The position numbers were made by a program, and so were the translations under genes. Positions 58,810 to 64,000 of a stretch of 64,000 nucleotides of DNA are shown one piece after another; the first letter of the stretch is position 1, and each line of letters opens with the position of its first letter. This stretch comes from Lepidodermella squamata. Lineage: Eukaryota; Animalia; Gastrotricha. The stretch covers positions 2,294,001-2,358,000 of the forward strand of contig JBLDXI010000033.1 of the NCBI GenBank assembly GCA_047495785.1. Direction: 5' to 3'. The notes beneath the pieces are model-generated. The model was not told the origin of the DNA and did not search any database. It saw only the letters and a list, made by a program, of their open reading frames with translations.

Positions 58810-60425
58810 TCATTCACTTTCGAGCTGTTCGCCCTGCAGCTGTTCGCCCTGCGGCTGTTCGCCCTGCGGCTGCTCGCCCTGCGGTTGGCCCTGTGGCGCT
58901 GGATCTTGCTGCTGTTGCATCACATTCTTCAACTGATTTAAGGCGTTCACAGTATCGTCGTCAAGCGGCGGCATCAGCGGTAGCTTGGCAACAATTGCCG
59001 CCATCTCCGGATCGTCTAATGCGGGACGAAACTCCATAAAATCCGGGACATTATACTCAGTATAATAGGCGTGTTGATAAGGGAATGGCGCCGGGCCGTG
59101 GAGTCTGGCATCATCAGGATTTGAGCGGCGAATCTTTCGTCGAATATCGTCGCCGTGGTCCGCTAAGACTTTGCGCAGCCTTTTCCACAAATCAGTCATC
59201 TGACCAGAGGTCAGATGACGAAACAACAACATTAAGAAAACTGAAAAGACAGAGATATACTAACTACTGACTGAATGTTGTGCTAACTTACGTTTCACGC
59301 CGTTGACGAGAGTTTGATCGGCGACTATTTTTGAAGCCGCTCGCCACCTTTTTGGCTCAACTAGATAAAGCGCGAGATAATCATCCTGTTGAACAAAAGC
59401 ATTTCTGTTTTCAGTGATCATAAACAGGTAACAGATACACTAACAGGTAAGAATATATCTGCAACAAATTTTCCCACCTCAATGGGGTCATTTGATGTGC
59501 CAAATTTTGATTCTATACGAGCAGTCCAGTTTATGTTGTTTATGTACTTGAAAGAAAATCCAATTTTTAATCGATAATAGCATGAGATATATAAACATAC
59601 AACATGCGGCTTTTCTGCACAAATTACAAAAGGTTCCGATATCTCAGCTTCCTTGACGCCGTGCTTTTTCAAGTACATCAAAAACTGGAAAATTCACCAT
59701 GTAATGAGTAATAAGCTAACTAATTTCGGCCGAATTACTCACCTTTTTCTGATTGCCAAAACCCTGGTCAAGTTGGACTTTGATTTGCTACAGAAAAAAT
59801 ATAACGCATTTCCAATCTCATATTCCAAATCTAAATTCACCTTAAGTGTCACTTGACCAGACTCAGCACTAGACTGAGAAGAGGACGGGGCATCGGACTG
59901 AGAAGTGGACGGGGCATCGGACTGAGAAGTGGACGGGGCATCGAGCTGAGAAGTGGACTGGGCGCCGGACAGGGCACGAGACGTAGTGCCACGCTGAAAG
60001 CTTGCTTGAGAGCCGGATGGAGCGGCGGACTGAGCGGCGGACTGAGCGGCGGACTGAGCGGCGGACTGAGTAGTCTGTCGGACTGACTGTTGGCCGAAGC
60101 CCACAGCATTGCGCTGATTTGGTTTTTGCGAGTTTGGTTGGGACGTTGGTTGGGTTACGAAGCCAGAAGCGGCGGCCTGACTAACCGCTGCGGGCGGCTG
60201 TTCGGAATAACAGCTGTTTCCACCTCGGCCGGTCTGATTTGACGATCGCTGTGGGTTAGCACCCTGCATATTGAGATGGGCCGAAGGTTGCCCATACGCC
60301 GCCAAAATAGCTTGGGCATTGGCTCCTTGAGCTCTCGCTTTTGAGGTTAAAGCAACTATCAAATTCGGGCACGCGCTCCGAATAACCAGGTTGGGATTTT
60401 GTTGACGAACAGGATTATTACTCAT
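58810..60425 (-). CDS. Transposon accessory protein (low-complexity repeats plus helical C-terminal domain)
   Basis: About five exons; coding tandem repeats (SAAQ)n, (STSQSDAP)n and (QGEQP)n. Confidence 0.6.
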
Positions 60426-60489
60426 TTAAAAATCTATAAAATATCATGTGATAATTAACAAGGCAGTAAAAACTTTCGTAGTAAAAAAT

Positions 60490-63265
60490 TTAATAAAGGT
60501 CAGCCCCAATTCCCCAAGGAATGGCGTCGCATATATAGTTGTCATTGCAGGGGCGACGTTGGATAACAACTAGTTTTGATGAGATTTTTTCCAAATCAAT
60601 CAAACAATAACCGGCATTATCTCTCAAATTAGAAATAGTGTAGGAGCGGAAGATGTTCCTAGCGAAATCATCCGATAAAACGTTGCCGATGGCATTCGCA
60701 AGATGCGTCTTGGCTTCAGTTGCCAGCTCGGTAGAACCACACAGAGAGGAAAGTCGCTGCAAAATGACACCAGCATCAGGAAGACAGACATAGCGTCGAA
60801 TTAATGCCTTATCAACAACCATGGGAGTCGCTGCATTTCTCACGAAACCGAGAATTTCTCCACACGCTGAAGTACCGTCATCCAGTTTGAACTCAACGGC
60901 GAACGACCGAGGTAACCGTCGCTTTGTGCCGAATTTCAACCATAGCCCATCAAAACGCTGAGATTTGTAGTAGGCAGTAGTAAAAATAGTATAACCGCCA
61001 TTGACACAGACAGAGTTCAGGATAGCTTGCTGCTCCGAATCCGGGCGAGTCGCGTTGGAGAGCACAACAGTAAGGCGCTTGCTGTAGTCCCTGTCACCTT
61101 TCAACTGACGTCGATGAAGGGCCACCAACATACGATGTATCTGGTGTTGCGTTCCTACGTACACGTGCTTCAACCATCCAATCAACCCTTCGTGAGGAAA
61201 AGCCGAAAAGCTGTCGATTCGCCCGAAACGCTCGGCTTGAGCCGGTAAATGTCCCACTGTATGCAAATTGTAGGTCTCCGTTTTCACGCCACCGTACAGT
61301 ATTGGGAAGAAACGGCGATATTCGTTCAGAAGAGACCGAGATTGTTGTATCGCCTTGAGTTTTTTGTCAGCATCTTCCTCATCGAATTCGATCAACAGGC
61401 GAAAAGCAAGAGACAGGCAAACGGTGAGTAGAAAGTATGTATCTGGCATGAATCGCGCAAGGACGGGGACCCGGACGTAGCCAACCCAAAACTTCATATG
61501 TTTCCCTTTGAACTGGCTCGCCGCGGTCTCGCCAAATACTTTCAGCCTAACCGACTGCATCTGCCTGGGAACTTGTATTTCTCGAAGTATTCGGGCGATG
61601 TAATTACGAATTCGAATCGGTAAAATGTCGTCGTACTGAATAGAACTGCGCAACTCCTGCTTAGCTACGCCTTCACAGATGCAATGGAGGTGGTCGACCG
61701 GTGCATCTCGAGGAAGCAACATGCGGCGTTTACAGAGCACACAGGAGCCTTTCATACCATGCACTACGACTCCAGTTCTATCGATTTCAGGGCCGACTTT
61801 GTTTATTTCATCGGGTGGACGCAAATCAAACTCGGAATCCTCGACGAATCGATATCGACGGCTGCCAAAAAGATGATCTCCTTTGAGGAAGCAGAAAGGA
61901 CAGCCATACTCGGCGTGAAAGCTGCGTATATTGAGACAGTCGCATTTTGCAGGCGCATCGGCAATGAGCGAGAAGAGCCATACAGTAAAGTCTACCTCTG
62001 CCCCCTTTTTCGTAACCAGTCTCTTCTTGACCTCAAAATTTGCGACTGTGTTCGAGAGACAAAGATCGAGGAATTGTTGGTACTTGGGACTGGTAGGTCC
62101 CTGCCAAATCCCCAGGAGGAGCATATTCTCCGGCTTGTACCTGAAACATAATTAACACACTAATCACCGTTTTCTTCTTCTATGTTTTTAAATACCTTGC
62201 ATATTCAGGCAGATTCTTGATGGTTGCCAGCAAAGGCCACACGTTTGTTCCAGTTCCCGCTCGCTTTGACAAGGTAGTACCATCAAAATTTATTTGTAGC
62301 TGAAGATCGAGATTGTGAACATCAGTGAGAGGTACAACGCCAGCGTCGATGAAGTCACTCAATATTACCAATAGTTGCCAGGCTAACGAGGGCACGATGA
62401 TCTCCCCCATACTAGCCGTTGATAATGTTGTTCCACATTGCCCGCATTTCTTTGCAGCATCAACTTGCACAAAACATGACGGGCATAAACTTTGCAAAAT
62501 TTGAGGAAGAACCACGTCACCCATGCCAGTCAGCATTTTTCTGTAAGATTTCAACGAGGACGGAATCGAGGCCAGCTTCGCAGCATCACCTTTGGCAAGC
62601 TCCCGAAAGCCCTTCGTTACAAGATCCAAGCCTGCCTGCGCAAGGCCATGATCAATTTCAAGCGCACGAAGAACCGACATGGGCGAATAGCTGTTGATCT
62701 TCGGGTCTGGATTGGGCTGTTTTACTATTTCAGCATGAACAAAACGATCCGCCGTGTCAGTGATGTTTGTTTTCGCGCCGGCTGGAACTGAAGTTCGTGG
62801 GGCTTCGTCGGCCTCATCGGCCTCGTCCATTTCGAAATCAGACTGGTTTACCTCCCAATCACTTGGGAATGAGTCGCAAGATGACTGTGAAAGCACTTCG
62901 TACTCATCGTCCATCCCTGATTGACCAGGCAGGTCGATTTCATCTGATTCTTCCTCACTGATGGGCCATTGTTCACCATGCGCCGTATAGGATGCTTCAG
63001 CAAACTCAGGAGCAGGCTCATACGACTCGGATGAGGTAGACGGCCTATCAGCAATTACCGAATGCGTGGTTTGAACGTTTGTTGGCCTCTCACCACATTC
63101 CAACGACCTAATTAACGTAGCTGAAGCTATTCTTCGTTGAGTAGCCGACAACCCAACGTCCGATTCGGATTCTTCTTCTTCTTCTTCTTCTTCTTCTTCT
63201 TCTTCAGCTCCGCCGAGCTGTTGGAGTAACAAATCGATCTCTTTTCGAGCCTCTTTCGGCGGCAT
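60490..63265 (-). CDS. CACTA/EnSpm-like transposase
   Basis: CxxC...CxxC, INFDG, VWPL, IADAPAK, YGCPFC, DHLHCICEG, YNLHTVGHL, SAFPHE; an intron at ~62142-62196 keeps the frame. Confidence 0.88.
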
Positions 63266-63373
63266 AAGCAAACGCACAGGGTACAGTTGAACAATGAAAA
63301 GTAATTTCCTAAAACATATTAAGTAATCAATAAGACAAATGGTTCAATGTATCGTTCGTGGCAAGAAATCATA

Positions 63374-63791
63374 TCAATCCTTTATATGTCCCTTTGCGGA
63401 TTTTTTGGATTTTTCCTTAGGTTTCTTAGGTTTTGGCGGGAATGCTAGCGGATGTCGCTTAGTTTCATGCTTCTCAAGCTCATACTTGGACTTGAAACTC
63501 ATATCGCATACAGGGCACACAAAACTACTATTATGTTCTTTTCGCTCATGTGCCTGCACCGTCAACCATTCGTCGGAGTAAAAATCGCATGACTGACATG
63601 AGAAACAGTCTGCGGGTATCAACCGCCCCTTAGCCGGAACTTTGCTAGAATAAACGTAAGACTACTCTCAATCTTATAGACATTTGAAAATAGTTTGCTA
63701 ACCGTTTTTTAATGGGTGGCTGAGGAGCCTCGGAGCTTGAACTGCTTGAGGTCACATCTTCAGCGTCAGAGTCAGACGACTTTGAGCTCAT
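63374..63791 (-). CDS. Small two-C2H2 zinc-finger protein, probably transposon-borne
   Basis: Two exons; CQSC...HERKEH and CPVCDMSF...HETKRH; basic tail. Confidence 0.7.
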
Positions 63792-64000
63792 GAAGATTTT
63801 AACAAAATAGATGGTAAATGAGACGCGCCTTTGAAAAAGCTGCACTTAAAGGCATAAAGCATGCAATATGGGTAGATGAACATATGGACATAGGTACAGA
63901 GCAATCATAAACACTAGGCGTGAACGATCATAATAACTAGAAACTAATTTTTTCAACTTAAAACATGAAGCAACCTGCATGTAATCAACTAAGTTAGCAG

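Larger units (their letters stand above)
58065..64000 (-). mobile_element. CACTA/EnSpm (CMC superfamily) DNA transposon; other end outside window
   Basis: Putative terminus CCCTAGTAATACC at 58065 followed by subterminal AAACTG/CTGTCCG repeats to ~58260; encodes a CMC-type transposase plus two other co-oriented genes. Confidence 0.72.

Noticed and set aside
63171-63205. (TTC)n microsatellite
   Set aside because: Simply encodes the poly-Glu tract in the transposase N-terminus.

Overview
Gene-dense eukaryotic (animal) DNA in the standard code, with many ~50-70 nt introns. Most short ORFs in the supplied track are exon fragments or antisense shadows. Hand-splicing gives about 29 protein genes. 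These are three class-II O-methyltransferases flanking an unusual ~939-aa Cys-loop channel (SP-EGF-LamG-beta-rich-mucin stalk-LBD-4TM), two RCHY1 copies, SMIM7, UBE4A, an ankyrin-SOCS box gene, HINFP, CFAP144/FAM183 (with RFX X-boxes), LRRD1-like, RPL37, EXT1, DDX24, a 26/29-kDa cathepsin, three RidA paralogues, RAD17, ERI3, CHEK1, NOL10, a neuropeptide precursor, nardilysin and several orphans. A CACTA/EnSpm-type transposon with three genes runs off the right edge. Non-coding highlights are a ~700-nt structured RNA with a H/ACA-type 3' domain, a spliced non-coding host whose introns carry three ~31-nt C/D-like elements and a ~295-nt foldback, and tiny intergenic gaps with unpaired splice acceptors that suggest operons with trans-splicing. 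All calls come from manual motif and splice inspection; no database search was run.
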